DNA of 64,000 bases from Escherichia coli (GCF_041886205.1 NZ_CP169029.1); one strand, 5' to 3'; shown: positions 11,126-23,781, counted from the stretch's first letter. Made by a program: numbers and translations. Notes: generated from the sequence alone by a model not told the origin.

Positions 11126-13288
11126 ATGACAGAAAAAGTAAAACAACATGCCGCTCCGGTAACGGGCAGTGATGAAATCGATATTGGTCGCCTGATCGGC
11201 ACCGTCATTGAAGCGCGCTGGTGGGTGATTGGCATCACCGCCGTATTTGCCCTCTGTGCCGTGGTTTACACCTTCTTCGCCACGCCGATTTATAGTGCCG
11301 ACGCACTGGTACAAATCGAGCAAAGCAGCGGCAATTCGCTGGTGCAGGATATCGGCTCGGCATTAGCCAACAAACCGCCTGCATCGGACGCCGAGATCCA
11401 GTTGATTCGTTCGCGTCTGGTGCTTGGTAAAACGGTGGACGATCTCGACCTCGATATTGCAGTGAGCAAAAACACGTTCCCGATTTTCGGTGCGGGCTGG
11501 GATCGTTTGATGGGACGTCAGAACGAGACGGTGAAAGTGACCACCTTTAACCGCCCGAAAGAGATGGCGGATCAGGTGTTTACGCTTAATGTGCTGGACG
11601 ATAAAAACTACACCCTGAGCAGTGATGGCGGCTTTAGCGCCCGTGGACAAGCGGGCCAGATGCTGAAAAAAGAAGGCGTCACGCTGATGGTTGAAGCCAT
11701 TCACGCCCGCCCGGGCAGTGAGTTTACCGTCACCAAATACTCCACGCTGGGGATGATCAATCAACTGCAAAACAGCCTGACGGTAACGGAGAACGGCAAA
11801 GACGCAGGCGTACTGAGCCTGACTTATACCGGTGAAGATCGCGAACAGATCCGCGACATTCTTAATAGCATCGCCCGTAACTATCAGGAACAAAATATTG
11901 AGCGCAAATCGGCGGAAGCGTCGAAAAGCCTCGCCTTCCTCGCGCAACAGTTACCGGAAGTACGTAGCCGCTTGGATGTTGCCGAAAACAAACTGAATGC
12001 CTTCCGTCAGGATAAAGATTCTGTTGATCTGCCGCTGGAAGCAAAAGCGGTGCTCGATTCGATGGTGAACATCGATGCGCAGTTGAACGAACTGACCTTT
12101 AAAGAGGCGGAAATCTCCAAGCTGTACACCAAAGTTCACCCGGCGTACCGCACGCTGCTGGAGAAACGTCAGGCGCTGGAAGAAGAGAAAGCCAAACTTA
12201 ACGGTCGCGTAACGGCGATGCCGAAAACCCAGCAGGAGATTGTGCGCCTGACCCGCGATGTCGAGTCTGGTCAGCAGGTCTATATGCAACTGCTGAATAA
12301 AGAGCAGGAGCTGAAAATCACCGAGGCCAGCACCGTCGGCGATGTGCGCATTGTTGACCCGGCAATCACTCAGCCTGGCGTGCTGAAACCGAAGAAAGGG
12401 CTGATTATCCTCGGCGCGATTATCCTTGGCCTGATGCTTTCTATCGTGGGTGTGCTGCTGCGCTCGTTGTTTAATCGCGGCATTGAAAGCCCGCAAGTAC
12501 TGGAAGAACACGGTATTAGCGTCTATGCCAGCATCCCGCTGTCGGAATGGCAGAAAGCGCGTGATAGCGTCAAAACCATCAAAGGGATTAAACGCTATAA
12601 ACAGAGCCAGCTACTGGCGGTGGGGAATCCAACCGATCTGGCGATTGAAGCCATCCGTAGTCTGCGTACCAGTTTGCACTTCGCGATGATGCAGGCACAG
12701 AACAATGTGTTGATGATGACTGGGGTTAGCCCGTCAATTGGTAAAACCTTTGTCTGCGCCAACCTGGCGGCGGTGATCAGCCAGACCAATAAACGCGTGT
12801 TGTTGATCGACTGCGATATGCGCAAAGGCTACACCCACGAGCTGTTGGGCACTAATAACGTTAATGGCCTGTCGGAAATTCTGATTGGTCAGGGCGATAT
12901 TACTACCGCTGCTAAACCGACCTCTATTGCCAAATTTGACCTGATCCCGCGCGGTCAGGTGCCGCCAAATCCTTCTGAACTGTTGATGAGCGAACGCTTT
13001 GCCGAACTGGTGAACTGGGCGAGTAAAAACTATGACCTGGTGTTGATTGATACGCCGCCGATTCTGGCAGTGACCGATGCGGCAATTGTTGGTCGTCATG
13101 TCGGAACCACGTTAATGGTGGCGCGTTATGCGGTCAACACATTGAAAGAAGTGGAAACCAGTCTGAGCCGCTTTGAGCAAAACGGTATTCCGGTGAAAGG
13201 GGTGATTCTGAACTCCATCTTCCGCCGCGCCAGCGCGTATCAGGATTATGGCTATTACGAATACGAATATAAGTCGGATGCGAAATAA
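11126..13288 (+). CDS. wzc: Tyrosine autokinase / polysaccharide co-polymerase Wzc
   Basis: ORF 11090-13288; canonical start MTEKVKQHAAPVTGSDEIDIGRL at 11126 (720 aa); Walker A GKT and C-terminal Tyr-rich tail YQDYGYYEYEYKSDAK. Confidence 0.93.
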   Translation: MTEKVKQHAAPVTGSDEIDIGRLIGTVIEARWWVIGITAVFALCAVVYTFFATPIYSADALVQIEQSSGNSLVQDIGSALANKPPASDAEIQLIRSRLVLGKTVDDLDLDIAVSKNTFPIFGAGWDRLMGRQNETVKVTTFNRPKEMADQVFTLNVLDDKNYTLSSDGGFSARGQAGQMLKKEGVTLMVEAIHARPGSEFTVTKYSTLGMINQLQNSLTVTENGKDAGVLSLTYTGEDREQIRDILNSIARNYQEQNIERKSAEASKSLAFLAQQLPEVRSRLDVAENKLNAFRQDKDSVDLPLEAKAVLDSMVNIDAQLNELTFKEAEISKLYTKVHPAYRTLLEKRQALEEEKAKLNGRVTAMPKTQQEIVRLTRDVESGQQVYMQLLNKEQELKITEASTVGDVRIVDPAITQPGVLKPKKGLIILGAIILGLMLSIVGVLLRSLFNRGIESPQVLEEHGISVYASIPLSEWQKARDSVKTIKGIKRYKQSQLLAVGNPTDLAIEAIRSLRTSLHFAMMQAQNNVLMMTGVSPSIGKTFVCANLAAVISQTNKRVLLIDCDMRKGYTHELLGTNNVNGLSEILIGQGDITTAAKPTSIAKFDLIPRGQVPPNPSELLMSERFAELVNWASKNYDLVLIDTPPILAVTDAAIVGRHVGTTLMVARYAVNTLKEVETSLSRFEQNGIPVKGVILNSIFRRASAYQDYGYYEYEYKSDAK

Positions 13289-13295
13289 CGAGATC

Positions 13296-13412
13296 CGTTG
13301 TCGGATGCGATGCTGACGCATCTTATCCGACCTACGTTGACGCCGCATCCGGCAAGCAAACCAGCTCCGTAGGCCGGATAAGGCGCTCACGCCGCATCCG
13401 GCAACAGAACCC
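13296..13412. repeat. REP element cluster between wzc and wcaA
   Basis: gtcggatgcgatgctgacgcatcttatccgacctac...gccgcatccggcaa palindromic REP units. Confidence 0.75.
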
Positions 13413-13465
13413 GTAAACAAGCTTATAAACCGGCAGAACATCTCGACACTCCGGGAGAACAACCT

Positions 13466-14305
13466 ATGAAAGACAATCCGCTGATCTCAATCTATATGCC
13501 GACCTGGAACCGCCAACAACTGGCGATTCGGGCGATAAAATCGGTCTTGCGCCAGGACTACAGCAACTGGGAGATGATCATCGTGGATGATTGCTCCACC
13601 TCCTGGGAACAACTGCAACAGTACGTCACCGCCCTCAACGATCCGCGTATCACTTACATTCACAACGACATTAACAGCGGGGCGTGCGCGGTACGTAACC
13701 AGGCTATTATGCTGGCGCAAGGGGAATACATTACCGGGATCGATGATGATGATGAATGGACACCCAACCGTCTGAGCGTCTTCCTCGCCCATAAACAGCA
13801 ACTGGTCACTCACGCCTTTTTGTACGCTAACGACTACGTTTGCCAGGGAGAAGTTTATTCCCAACCGGCAAGCTTACCACTGTATCCCAAATCGCCGTAC
13901 TCACGCCGCCTGTTCTATAAACGCAATATCATTGGCAATCAGGTCTTTACCTGGGCATGGCGTTTCAAAGAGTGTTTGTTCGATACCGAACTGAAAGCGG
14001 CACAGGATTACGACATCTTCCTGCGGATGGTGGTGGAGTACGGCGAACCGTGGAAAGTGGAAGAGGCGACGCAGATCCTGCATATCAATCACGGTGAAAT
14101 GCAGATCACCTCGTCACCGAAAAAATTCTCCGGATACTTCCACTTTTACCGCAAGCACAAAGACAAATTTGACCGCGCCAGCAAAAAATATCAGCTGTTT
14201 ACCCTCTACCAGATCCGCAATAAACGCATGACCTGGCGCACTTTGCTGACGCTGCTGTCGGTGCGTAACGGCAAACGTCTGGCTGATGGTATTCGGGGGC
14301 GCTAA
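13466..14305 (+). CDS. wcaA: Colanic acid glycosyltransferase WcaA (GT family 2)
   Basis: 279-aa ORF, SIYMPTWNRQ...DDCS...DDDD GT-2 motifs; cluster position. Confidence 0.88.
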   Translation: MKDNPLISIYMPTWNRQQLAIRAIKSVLRQDYSNWEMIIVDDCSTSWEQLQQYVTALNDPRITYIHNDINSGACAVRNQAIMLAQGEYITGIDDDDEWTPNRLSVFLAHKQQLVTHAFLYANDYVCQGEVYSQPASLPLYPKSPYSRRLFYKRNIIGNQVFTWAWRFKECLFDTELKAAQDYDIFLRMVVEYGEPWKVEEATQILHINHGEMQITSSPKKFSGYFHFYRKHKDKFDRASKKYQLFTLYQIRNKRMTWRTLLTLLSVRNGKRLADGIRGR

Positions 14306-14307
14306 AG

Positions 14308-14796
14308 ATGCTGGAAGATCTGCGCGCCAACAGCTGGAGTTTACGCCCGTGCTGCATGGTACTTGCCTATCGTGTTGCTCATTTTTGTTCGGTGTGGCGC
14401 AAAAAGAACGTCCTCAACAATCTGTGGGCGGCCCCGCTGCTGGTGCTGTATCGCATTATCACCGAATGCTTTTTCGGTTATGAAATCCAGGCTGCCGCGA
14501 CCATTGGCCGCCGCTTTACTATCCATCACGGTTACGCCGTAGTGATCAATAAAAACGTGGTAGCGGGGGATGATTTTACCATTCGCCACGGCGTAACTAT
14601 CGGCAATCGTGGTGCCGATAACATGGCATGTCCACACATTGGCAACAGCGTCGAACTCGGTGCCAACGTCATTATTCTTGGTGATATCACGCTTGGTAAC
14701 AACGTCACCGTGGGCGCGGGCAGCGTGGTGCTCGACTCTGTCCCGGACAACGCGCTGGTGGTGGGAGAAAAAGCGCGAGTGAAGGTAATTAAATGA
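14308..14796 (+). CDS. wcaB: Colanic acid acetyltransferase WcaB (hexapeptide-repeat)
   Basis: 162-aa ORF with left-handed beta-helix hexapeptide repeats (IGNRGAD..IGNSVELGANVIILGDITLGNNVTVGAGSVV). Confidence 0.88.
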   Translation: MLEDLRANSWSLRPCCMVLAYRVAHFCSVWRKKNVLNNLWAAPLLVLYRIITECFFGYEIQAAATIGRRFTIHHGYAVVINKNVVAGDDFTIRHGVTIGNRGADNMACPHIGNSVELGANVIILGDITLGNNVTVGAGSVVLDSVPDNALVVGEKARVKVIK

Positions 14797-16010
14797 ATAT
14801 TCTGCAATTTAATGTGCGACTGGCGGAAGGCGGGGCAGCAGGTGTGGCGTTAGATCTCCACCAGCGTGCGCTGCAACAGGGGCTGGCGTCACATTTTGTC
14901 TACGGCTACGGCAAAGGCGGCAAAGAGAGCGTCAGCCATCAGAACTATCCGCAGGTCATCAAACATACGCCGCGGATGACCGCAATGGCGAATATTGCCC
15001 TGTTTCGTCTGTTTAATCGCGATCTGTTTGGCAATTTCAATGAGTTATATCGCACCATTACTCGCACACCGGGACCGGTGGTCCTGCATTTTCATGTGCT
15101 GCACAGCTACTGGTTGAATCTTAAGAGCGTGGTGCGCTTTTGCGAAAAAGTGAAAAACCACAAACCGGATATCACTTTGGTCTGGACGTTACACGATCAC
15201 TGGAGCGTTACCGGACGCTGCGCCTTTACCGACGGTTGCGAAGGCTGGAAAAAGGGCTGCCAGAAATGCCCGACCTTAAATAATTATCCGCCGGTGAAGA
15301 TTGATCGCGCACACCAGCTGGTGGCGGGCAAACGCCAGTTATTCCGTGAGATGCTGGCGCTGGGCTGTCAGTTTATTTCCCCCAGCCAGCATGTGGCTGA
15401 TGCTTTCAATAGTCTGTACGGTCCAGGGCGTTGCCGGATTATCAATAATGGCATTGATATGGCAACCGAAGCGATTCTGGCGGACTTGCCTCCGGTGCGC
15501 GAAACTCAGGGCAAGCCGAAAATCGCGGTGGTGGCGCATGACCTGCGTTACGACGGCAAGACTAACCAGCAACTGGTGCGTGAGATGATGGCGCTGGGCG
15601 ACAAAATTGAACTGCATACCTTTGGTAAGTTCTCGCCGTTCACCGCTGGCAACGTGGTTAATCACGGCTTTGAAACTGACAAGCGCAAGTTGATGAGCGC
15701 GCTCAATCAGATGGATGCGCTGGTATTCAGTTCTCGCGTCGATAACTACCCGCTGATTTTGTGTGAGGCGCTATCGATTGGCGTGCCGGTGATTGCCACC
15801 CATAGCGACGCGGCGCGGGAAGTGCTGCAAAAATCCGGCGGTAAAACCGTCAGCGAAGAAGACGTGCTGCAACTGGTGCAGTTAAGCAAACCGGAAATCG
15901 CGCAGGCGATATTTGGTACCACGCTGGCTGAGTTCAGCCAACGCAGCCGTGCCGCCTACAGTGGACAACAGATGCTGGAGGAGTATGTCAACTTCTATCA
16001 GAATCTGTAG
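14793..16010 (+). CDS. wcaC: Colanic acid glycosyltransferase WcaC (GT family 4)
   Basis: 405-aa ORF, overlaps wcaB stop; cluster position. Confidence 0.88.
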   Translation: MNILQFNVRLAEGGAAGVALDLHQRALQQGLASHFVYGYGKGGKESVSHQNYPQVIKHTPRMTAMANIALFRLFNRDLFGNFNELYRTITRTPGPVVLHFHVLHSYWLNLKSVVRFCEKVKNHKPDITLVWTLHDHWSVTGRCAFTDGCEGWKKGCQKCPTLNNYPPVKIDRAHQLVAGKRQLFREMLALGCQFISPSQHVADAFNSLYGPGRCRIINNGIDMATEAILADLPPVRETQGKPKIAVVAHDLRYDGKTNQQLVREMMALGDKIELHTFGKFSPFTAGNVVNHGFETDKRKLMSALNQMDALVFSSRVDNYPLILCEALSIGVPVIATHSDAAREVLQKSGGKTVSEEDVLQLVQLSKPEIAQAIFGTTLAEFSQRSRAAYSGQQMLEEYVNFYQNL

Positions 16011-17202
16011 CTACCTGCTGCTGCCGCTGATTTACCTGTTGGTTAACGTCAAAATCGCCCAGCTTGGCGAAAGTTTCCCCATCACCATCGTCACTTTTTT
16101 ACCTGTCTTGTTACTGCTGTTTTTAGAACGCATCAGCGTTAAAAAATTGATGATTGCCTTAGGGATTGGCGCGGGACTCACGGCGTTTAACTACCTGTTT
16201 GGTCAGTCGTTGGATGCCAGTAAATACGTCACTTCAACCATGCTGTTTGTCTATATTGTGATCATTATTGGCATGGTGTGGAGTATTCGCTTTAAAACGA
16301 TTTCGCCACACAACCATCGCAAGATATTACGTTTCTTTTATCTGGTGGTCGGGCTGGTGGTGGCGCTGGCGGCGGTGGAGATGGCGCAAATTATCCTCAC
16401 CGGCGGCAGCAGTATTATGGAGTCGATTTCGAAATATCTGATTTACAGCAACAGCTATGTGCTGAATTTCATTAAATTCGGCGGCAAGCGCACGACAGCA
16501 CTTTATTTCGAACCGGCATTTTTTGCTCTGGCATTAATCTCAATTTGGCTCAGCATCAAACAGTTTGGTATCAAAACGCCTAAAACCGATGCTATGATTC
16601 TCGCAGGGATAATATTATCCGGATCGTTTTCAGGGGTTATGACCTTTATCCTGTTTTATTTGCTGGAGTGGGCATTTCAATATCTGAATAAAGAGGCGAT
16701 TAAGAAAAAGTTACCGTTAGCATTGATTTCTCTGGCTGTATTCCTGGTTGGTGTGGTAATTGCATTTCCTTATATTTCCACCCGTCTGGGCGATTTAGGT
16801 ACGGAAGGATCGTCATCATATTATCGTATTGTCGGTCCGCTGGTGATGGTCGGTTATTCTTTGACCCATGTTGACGGTGTAGTCAGATTTGGCTCACTTT
16901 ATGAATATGTCGCATCATTCGGAATATTTAACGGTGCGGATGTCGGAAAAACCATAGACAATGGTTTGTATCTGCTGATTATTTATTTTTCCTGGTTCGC
17001 AGTGTTTTTATCGCTGTGGTACATGGGGAAAGTGATAAAAATGATGATCAACGCTTTTGGTGATAACCGCAATTTTCGCGTGCAATTATATCTTTTTACT
17101 CCGGTATCGCTGTTTTTTACCGGTTCGATATTTAGCCCGGAATATGCATTTTTAATCGTCTGTCCGTTTATTTTGCGAAAAGCGTTAAATATTACGAGGT
17201 AA
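15985..17202 (+). CDS. wcaD: Putative colanic acid polymerase WcaD (Wzy-like)
   Basis: ORF 15913-17202; internal start [19 protein letters not shown] gives 405 aa multi-pass membrane protein. Confidence 0.85.
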   Translation: MSTSIRICSYLLLPLIYLLVNVKIAQLGESFPITIVTFLPVLLLLFLERISVKKLMIALGIGAGLTAFNYLFGQSLDASKYVTSTMLFVYIVIIIGMVWSIRFKTISPHNHRKILRFFYLVVGLVVALAAVEMAQIILTGGSSIMESISKYLIYSNSYVLNFIKFGGKRTTALYFEPAFFALALISIWLSIKQFGIKTPKTDAMILAGIILSGSFSGVMTFILFYLLEWAFQYLNKEAIKKKLPLALISLAVFLVGVVIAFPYISTRLGDLGTEGSSSYYRIVGPLVMVGYSLTHVDGVVRFGSLYEYVASFGIFNGADVGKTIDNGLYLLIIYFSWFAVFLSLWYMGKVIKMMINAFGDNRNFRVQLYLFTPVSLFFTGSIFSPEYAFLIVCPFILRKALNITR

Positions 17203-17212
17203 GAATAAGAAC

Positions 17213-17959
17213 ATGTTGCTTAGCATAATCACTGTCGCGTTTCGTAACCTCGCAGGGATAGTCAAAACACACGCCTCGCTGGCGCATCTGGCGCAGGCGG
17301 ACGATATCTGCTTCGAATGGATTGTTGTCGATGGCGGTTCCAACGACGGTACCCGTGAGTACCTGGAAAATCTCAAGGGTATCTATAACCTACGCTTTGT
17401 CAGCGAGCCAGATAACGGTATCTACGACGCCATGAACAAGGGCATTGCGATGGCACAAGGCAAGTTCGCGTTGTTTCTCAACTCGGGCGATATTTTTCAT
17501 CAGGATGCCGCAAATTTTGTCCGTAAGTTAAAAATGCAAAAAGATAACGTGATGATCACCGGCGATGCGCTGCTGGATTTTGGCGACGGGCATAAAATTA
17601 AACGTAGCGCCAAACCGGGTTGGTATATTTATCACAGCCTGCCCGCCAGTCATCAGGCGATATTTTTCCCGGTATCCGGCTTGAAAAAATGGCGTTATGA
17701 CCTGGAATATAAAGTTTCTTCCGACTACGCGCTGGCGGCCAAAATGTATAAAGCCGGTTATGCTTTTAAAAAACTCAATGGCCTGGTGTCTGAATTTTCC
17801 ATGGGTGGGGTATCTACCACCAATAATATGGAATTATGTGCTGACGCCAAAAAAGTCCAACGGCAGATATTACATGTGCCTGGCTTCTGGGCAGAATTAT
17901 CCTGGCATTTACGCCAACGTACTACCTCAAAGACGAAAGCCTTATATAACAAAAGCTGA
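17213..17959 (+). CDS. wcaE: Colanic acid glycosyltransferase WcaE (GT family 2)
   Basis: 248-aa ORF; [10 protein letters not shown] and DAMNKG motifs. Confidence 0.88.
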   Translation: MLLSIITVAFRNLAGIVKTHASLAHLAQADDICFEWIVVDGGSNDGTREYLENLKGIYNLRFVSEPDNGIYDAMNKGIAMAQGKFALFLNSGDIFHQDAANFVRKLKMQKDNVMITGDALLDFGDGHKIKRSAKPGWYIYHSLPASHQAIFFPVSGLKKWRYDLEYKVSSDYALAAKMYKAGYAFKKLNGLVSEFSMGGVSTTNNMELCADAKKVQRQILHVPGFWAELSWHLRQRTTSKTKALYNKS

Positions 17960-17974
17960 ATATAAGGGAAAACG

Positions 17975-18523
17975 ATGCAGGATTTAAGTGGTTTCTCGGT
18001 GCCGAAAGGGTTCCGGGGCGGCAACGCTATTAAAGTGCAATTGTGGTGGGCAGTACAGGCAACATTATTTGCCTGGTCGCCACAAGTATTGTATCGCTGG
18101 CGGGCTTTTTTATTACGTTTATTCGGCGCAAAAATAGGAAAAAACGTAGTTATTCGTCCGTCAGTAAAAATTACCTATCCGTGGAAATTAACCTTAGGTG
18201 ATTACGCGTGGGTCGGCGATGAGGTCAATTTATATACCCTCGGTGAAATAACCATTGGCGCACATTCGGTGATATCGCAAAAAAGTTATTTATGCACCGG
18301 TAGCCACGACCATGCAAGTCAACATTTCACCATTAACGCCACGCCTATTGTGATTGGCGAGAAATGCTGGCTGGCAACCGATGTCTTTGTTGCCCCAGGC
18401 GTCACGATTGGCGACGGCACCGTCGTGGGTGCGCGAAGCAGTGTTTTTAAATCGCTTCCGGCAAATGTGGTTTGCCGGGGGAATCCCGCAGTGGTGATAC
18501 GCGAACGCGTTGAAACTGAATAA
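17975..18523 (+). CDS. wcaF: Colanic acid acetyltransferase WcaF (hexapeptide-repeat)
   Basis: 182-aa ORF with hexapeptide repeats. Confidence 0.88.
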   Translation: MQDLSGFSVPKGFRGGNAIKVQLWWAVQATLFAWSPQVLYRWRAFLLRLFGAKIGKNVVIRPSVKITYPWKLTLGDYAWVGDEVNLYTLGEITIGAHSVISQKSYLCTGSHDHASQHFTINATPIVIGEKCWLATDVFVAPGVTIGDGTVVGARSSVFKSLPANVVCRGNPAVVIRERVETE

Positions 18524-18549
18524 ATTCAAAAAATACAGAGGAATAAGAC

Positions 18550-19671
18550 ATGTCAAAAGTCGCTCTCATCACCGGTGTAACCGGACAAGACGGTTCTTAC
18601 CTGGCAGAGTTTCTGCTGGAAAAAGGTTACGAGGTGCATGGTATTAAGCGTCGTGCATCGTCATTCAACACCGAGCGCGTGGATCACATTTATCAGGATC
18701 CGCACACCTGCAACCCGAAATTCCATCTGCATTATGGCGACCTGAGTGATACCTCCAACCTGACGCGCATTTTGCGTGAAGTGCAGCCGGATGAAGTGTA
18801 CAACCTGGGCGCAATGAGCCACGTTGCGGTTTCTTTTGAGTCACCGGAATATACCGCAGACGTCGATGCGATGGGTACGCTGCGCCTGCTGGAGGCGATC
18901 CGCTTCCTCGGTCTGGAAAAGAAAACCCGTTTCTATCAGGCTTCCACCTCTGAACTGTATGGTCTGGTGCAGGAAATTCCGCAGAAAGAAACCACGCCGT
19001 TCTATCCACGCTCTCCGTATGCGGTCGCCAAACTGTATGCCTACTGGATCACCGTTAACTACCGCGAATCCTACGGCATGTATGCCTGTAACGGTATTCT
19101 CTTCAACCATGAATCCCCGCGCCGCGGCGAAACCTTCGTTACCCGCAAAATCACCCGCGCAATCGCCAACATCGCCCAGGGGCTGGAGTCGTGCCTGTAC
19201 CTCGGCAATATGGATTCCCTGCGTGACTGGGGCCATGCCAAAGACTACGTAAAAATGCAGTGGATGATGCTGCAACAGGAACAACCGGAAGATTTCGTTA
19301 TTGCTACCGGCGTTCAGTACTCCGTGCGTCAGTTCGTAGAAATGGCGGCAGCACAGCTGGGCATCAAACTGCGCTTTGAAGGCACGGGTGTTGAAGAGAA
19401 GGGTATTGTGGTTTCCGTCACCGGGCATGACGCGCCGGGCGTTAAACCGGGCGATGTGATTATCGCCGTTGACCCGCGTTACTTCCGTCCGGCAGAAGTT
19501 GAAACGCTGCTCGGCGACCCGACCAAAGCGCACGAAAAACTGGGCTGGAAACCGGAAATCACCCTCAGAGAGATGGTGTCTGAAATGGTGGCTAATGACC
19601 TCGAAGCGGCGAAAAAACACTCTCTGCTGAAATCTCACGGCTACGACGTGGCGATCGCACTGGAGTCATAA
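18550..19671 (+). CDS. gmd: GDP-mannose 4,6-dehydratase (colanic acid copy)
   Basis: 373-aa [38 protein letters not shown]; SDR Rossmann fold. Confidence 0.93.
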
Positions 19672-19673
19672 GC

Positions 19674-20639
19674 ATGAGTAAACAACGCATTTTTATTGCT
19701 GGCCATCGCGGGATGGTCGGTTCCGCCATCAGGCGGCAGCTCGAACAGCGCGGTGATGTGGAACTGGTATTACGCACCCGCGACGAGCTGAACCTGCTGG
19801 ACAGCCGCGCTGTGCATGATTTCTTTGCCAGCGAAAGCATTGACCAGGTCTATCTGGCGGCGGCGAAAGTGGGCGGCATTGTTGCCAACAACACGTATCC
19901 GGCGGATTTCATCTACCAGAACATGATGATTGAGAGCAACATCATTCACGCCGCGCATCAGAACGACGTGAACAAACTGCTGTTTCTCGGATCGTCCTGT
20001 ATCTACCCGAAACTGGCAAAACAGCCGATGGCAGAAAGCGAGTTATTGCAGGGTACGCTGGAGCCGACCAACGAGCCTTACGCCATTGCCAAAATCGCCG
20101 GGATCAAACTGTGCGAATCTTACAACCGCCAGTATGGACGCGATTACCGCTCGGTCATGCCGACCAACCTGTACGGGCCACACGACAACTTCCATCCGAG
20201 TAACTCGCATGTGATCCCAGCATTGCTGCGTCGCTTCCACGAGGCGACGGCACAGAATGCGCCGGACGTGGTGGTGTGGGGCAGCGGTACACCGATGCGT
20301 GAATTTCTGCACGTCGATGATATGGCGGCGGCGAGCATTCATGTGATGGAGCTGGCGCACGAAGTCTGGCTGGAAAACACCCAGCCGATGCTGTCACACA
20401 TTAACGTCGGCACGGGCGTTGACTGCACTATCCGCGAGCTGGCGCAAACCATCGCCAAAGTGGTGGGTTACAAAGGTCGGGTGGTTTTTGATGCTAGCAA
20501 GCCGGATGGTACGCCGCGCAAACTGCTGGATGTGACGCGCCTGCATCAGCTTGGCTGGTATCACGAAATCTCACTGGAAGTGGGGCTTGCCAGCACTTAC
20601 CAGTGGTTCCTTGAGAATCAAGACCGCTTTCGGGGGTAA
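19674..20639 (+). CDS. fcl: GDP-L-fucose synthase (colanic acid copy)
   Basis: 321-aa [22 protein letters not shown]. Confidence 0.93.
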   Translation: MSKQRIFIAGHRGMVGSAIRRQLEQRGDVELVLRTRDELNLLDSRAVHDFFASESIDQVYLAAAKVGGIVANNTYPADFIYQNMMIESNIIHAAHQNDVNKLLFLGSSCIYPKLAKQPMAESELLQGTLEPTNEPYAIAKIAGIKLCESYNRQYGRDYRSVMPTNLYGPHDNFHPSNSHVIPALLRRFHEATAQNAPDVVVWGSGTPMREFLHVDDMAAASIHVMELAHEVWLENTQPMLSHINVGTGVDCTIRELAQTIAKVVGYKGRVVFDASKPDGTPRKLLDVTRLHQLGWYHEISLEVGLASTYQWFLENQDRFRG

Positions 20640-21121
20640 TGATGTTTTTACGTCAGGAAGACTTTGCCACGGTAGTGCGCTCCACTCCGCTTGTCTCTCT
20701 CGATTTTATTGTCGAGAACAGTCGCGGCGAGTTTCTGCTTGGCAAAAGAACCAACCGCCCGGCGCAGGGTTACTGGTTTGTGCCGGGAGGGCGCGTGCAG
20801 AAAGACGAAATGCTGGAAGCCGCATTTGAGCGGCTGACGATGGCGGAACTGGGGCTGCGTCTACCGATAACAGCAGGCCAGTTTTACGGTGTCTGGCAGC
20901 ACTTTTATGACGATAACTTCTCCGGCACGGATTTCACCACTCACTATGTGGTGCTCGGTTTTCGCTTCAGAGTCGCTGAAGAAGATCTGTTACTGCCGGA
21001 TGAGCAGCATGACGATTACCGCTGGCTGACGCCGGACGCGCTGCTCGCCAGTAACGATGTTCACGCTAACAGCCGCGCCTATTTTCTCGCTGAGAAGCGT
21101 GCCGGAGTACCCGGATTATGA
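20639..21121 (+). CDS. gmm: GDP-mannose mannosyl hydrolase (Nudix; colanic acid copy)
   Basis: 160-aa ORF, Nudix fold, [26 protein letters not shown]; exact start (20639 vs 20642) uncertain. Confidence 0.88.
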   Translation: MMFLRQEDFATVVRSTPLVSLDFIVENSRGEFLLGKRTNRPAQGYWFVPGGRVQKDEMLEAAFERLTMAELGLRLPITAGQFYGVWQHFYDDNFSGTDFTTHYVVLGFRFRVAEEDLLLPDEQHDDYRWLTPDALLASNDVHANSRAYFLAEKRAGVPGL

Positions 21122-22341
21122 AAATACTGGTCTACGGCATTAACTACTCGCCGGAGTTAACCGGCATCGGCAAATACACCGGAGAGATGGTTGAATGGCT
21201 GGCGGCGCAAGGTCATGAGGTGCGGGTTATTACCGCACCGCCTTACTACCCGCAGTGGCAGGTGGGCGAGAACTATTCCGCCTGGCGGTACAAACGAGAA
21301 GAGGGGGCCGCTACGGTGTGGCGCTGCCCGCTGTACGTGCCAAAACAGCCGAGCACCCTGAAACGCCTGTTGCATCTCGGCAGTTTTGCCGTCAGCAGTT
21401 TTTTCCCGTTGATGGCGCAACGTCGCTGGAAGCCGGATCGCATTATCGGCGTAGTGCCAACGCTGTTTTGCACGCCGGGAATGCGCCTGCTGGCGAAACT
21501 CTCTGGCGCGCGTACCGTGCTGCATATTCAGGATTACGAAGTGGACGCCATGCTGGGGCTGGGCCTTGCCGGAAAAGGCAAAGGCGGCAAAGTGGCACAG
21601 CTGGCAACGGCGTTCGAACGTAGCGGACTGCATAACGTCGATAACGTCTCCACGATTTCGCGTTCGATGATGAATAAAGCCATCGAAAAAGGCGTGGCGG
21701 CAGAAAACGTCATCTTCTTCCCCAACTGGTCAGAAATTGCCCGTTTTCAGCATGTCGCAGATGTCGATGTTGATGCCCTTCGTAACCAGCTTGGCCTGCC
21801 GGATAACAAAAAAATCATTCTTTACTCCGGCAATATTGGTGAAAAGCAGGGGCTGGAAAACGTTATTGAAGCTGCCGATCGCCTGCGTGATGAACCGCTG
21901 ATTTTTGCCATTGTCGGGCAGGGCGGCGGCAAAGCGCGGCTTGAAAAAATGGCGCAGCAGCGTGGACTGCACAACATGCAATTTTTTCCGCTGCAATCGT
22001 ATGACGCTTTACCCGCACTGCTGAAGATGGGCGATTGCCATCTGGTGGTGCAAAAACGCGGCGCGGCAGATGCCGTATTGCCGTCGAAACTGACCAATAT
22101 TCTGGCGGTAGGCGGTAACGCGGTGATTACCGCAGAAGCCCACACCGAACTGGGGCAGCTTTGCGAAACCTTTCCGGGCATTGCGGTTTGCGTAGAACCG
22201 GAATCGGTCGAGGCGCTGGTGGCGGGGATTCGTCAGGCGCTCCTGCTGCCCAAACACAACACGGTGGCACGTGAATATGCCGAACGCACGCTCGATAAAG
22301 AGAACGTGTTACGTCAATTTATAAATGATATTCGGGGATAA
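21118..22341 (+). CDS. wcaI: Colanic acid glycosyltransferase WcaI (GT family 4)
   Basis: 407-aa ORF; cluster position. Confidence 0.88.
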   Translation: MKILVYGINYSPELTGIGKYTGEMVEWLAAQGHEVRVITAPPYYPQWQVGENYSAWRYKREEGAATVWRCPLYVPKQPSTLKRLLHLGSFAVSSFFPLMAQRRWKPDRIIGVVPTLFCTPGMRLLAKLSGARTVLHIQDYEVDAMLGLGLAGKGKGGKVAQLATAFERSGLHNVDNVSTISRSMMNKAIEKGVAAENVIFFPNWSEIARFQHVADVDVDALRNQLGLPDNKKIILYSGNIGEKQGLENVIEAADRLRDEPLIFAIVGQGGGKARLEKMAQQRGLHNMQFFPLQSYDALPALLKMGDCHLVVQKRGAADAVLPSKLTNILAVGGNAVITAEAHTELGQLCETFPGIAVCVEPESVEALVAGIRQALLLPKHNTVAREYAERTLDKENVLRQFINDIRG

Positions 22342-22343
22342 TT

Positions 22344-23780
22344 ATGGCGCAGTCGAAACTCTATCCAGTTGTGATGGCAGGTGGCTCCGGGAGCCGCTTA
22401 TGGCCGCTTTCCCGCGTACTTTACCCCAAGCAGTTTTTATGCCTGAAAGGCGATCTCACCATGCTGCAAACCACCATCTGCCGCCTGAACGGCGTGGAGT
22501 GCGAAAGCCCGGTGGTGATTTGCAATGAGCAGCACCGCTTTATTGTCGCGGAACAGCTGCGTCAACTGAACAAACTCACCGAGAACATTATTCTCGAACC
22601 GGCAGGGCGTAACACTGCACCGGCCATTGCGCTGGCGGCGCTGGCGGCAAAACGTCATAGCCCGGAGAGCGACCCGTTAATGCTGGTCTTGGCGGCGGAT
22701 CATGTGATTGCCGATGAAGACGCGTTCCGTGCCGCCGTGCGTAATGCCATGCCGTATGCCGAAGCGGGCAAGCTGGTGACCTTTGGCATTGTGCCGGATC
22801 TCCCTGAAACCGGATATGGCTATATTCGTCACGGTGAAGTGTCTGCGGGTGAGCAGGATACGGTGGCCTTTGAAGTGGCGCAGTTTGTCGAAAAACCGAA
22901 TCTGGAAACCGCGCAGGCCTATGTGGCAAGCGGCGAATATTACTGGAACAGCGGCATGTTCCTGTTCCGCTCCGGACGCTATCTCGAAGAACTGAAAAAA
23001 TATCGCCCGGATATCCTCGATGCCTGTGAAAAAGCGATGAGCGCCGTCGATTCGGATCTCGATTTTATTCGTGTGGATGAAGAAGCGTTTCTCGCCTGCC
23101 CGGAAGAGTCGGTGGATTACGCGGTCATGGAACGAACGGCAGATGCCGTTGTGGTGCCGATGGATGCGGGCTGGAGCGATGTCGGTTCTTGGTCTTCATT
23201 ATGGGAGATCAGCGCCCACACCGCCGAGGGCAATGTTTGCCACGGCGATGTGATTAATCACAAAACTGAAAACAGCTATGTGTATGCCGAATCTGGCCTG
23301 GTCACCACCGTCGGGGTGAAAGATTTGGTGGTAGTGCAGACCAAAGATGCAGTGCTGATTGCCGACCGTAACGCGGTGCAGGATGTGAAAAAAGTGGTCG
23401 AGCAGATCAAAGCCGATGGTCGCCATGAGCATCGGGTGCATCGCGAAGTGTATCGTCCGTGGGGCAAATATGACTCTATCGACGCGGGCGACCGCTACCA
23501 GGTGAAACGCATCACCGTGAAACCGGGCGAAGGCTTGTCGGTACAGATGCATCATCACCGCGCGGAACACTGGGTGGTTGTCGCAGGAACGGCAAAAGTC
23601 ACTATCGACGGTGATATCAAACTGCTTGGTGAAAACGAGTCCATTTATATTCCGCTGGGGGCGACGCATTGCCTGGAAAACCCGGGGAAAATTCCGCTCG
23701 ATTTAATTGAAGTGCGCTCCGGCTCTTATCTCGAAGAGGATGATGTGGTGCGCTTCGCGGATCGCTACGGACGGGTGTAA
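22344..23780 (+). CDS. cpsB: Mannose-1-phosphate guanylyltransferase (colanic acid copy)
   Basis: 478-aa [27 protein letters not shown] with C-terminal cupin domain. Confidence 0.93.
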   Translation: MAQSKLYPVVMAGGSGSRLWPLSRVLYPKQFLCLKGDLTMLQTTICRLNGVECESPVVICNEQHRFIVAEQLRQLNKLTENIILEPAGRNTAPAIALAALAAKRHSPESDPLMLVLAADHVIADEDAFRAAVRNAMPYAEAGKLVTFGIVPDLPETGYGYIRHGEVSAGEQDTVAFEVAQFVEKPNLETAQAYVASGEYYWNSGMFLFRSGRYLEELKKYRPDILDACEKAMSAVDSDLDFIRVDEEAFLACPEESVDYAVMERTADAVVVPMDAGWSDVGSWSSLWEISAHTAEGNVCHGDVINHKTENSYVYAESGLVTTVGVKDLVVVQTKDAVLIADRNAVQDVKKVVEQIKADGRHEHRVHREVYRPWGKYDSIDAGDRYQVKRITVKPGEGLSVQMHHHRAEHWVVVAGTAKVTIDGDIKLLGENESIYIPLGATHCLENPGKIPLDLIEVRSGSYLEEDDVVRFADRYGRV

Positions 23781-23781
23781 A

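Noticed and set aside
18824-19638. Overlapping alternative-frame ORFs within gmd (142 aa plus-strand, 265 aa minus-strand)
   Set aside because: Embedded in a well-supported, high-GC gene; typical frame-shadow ORFs.
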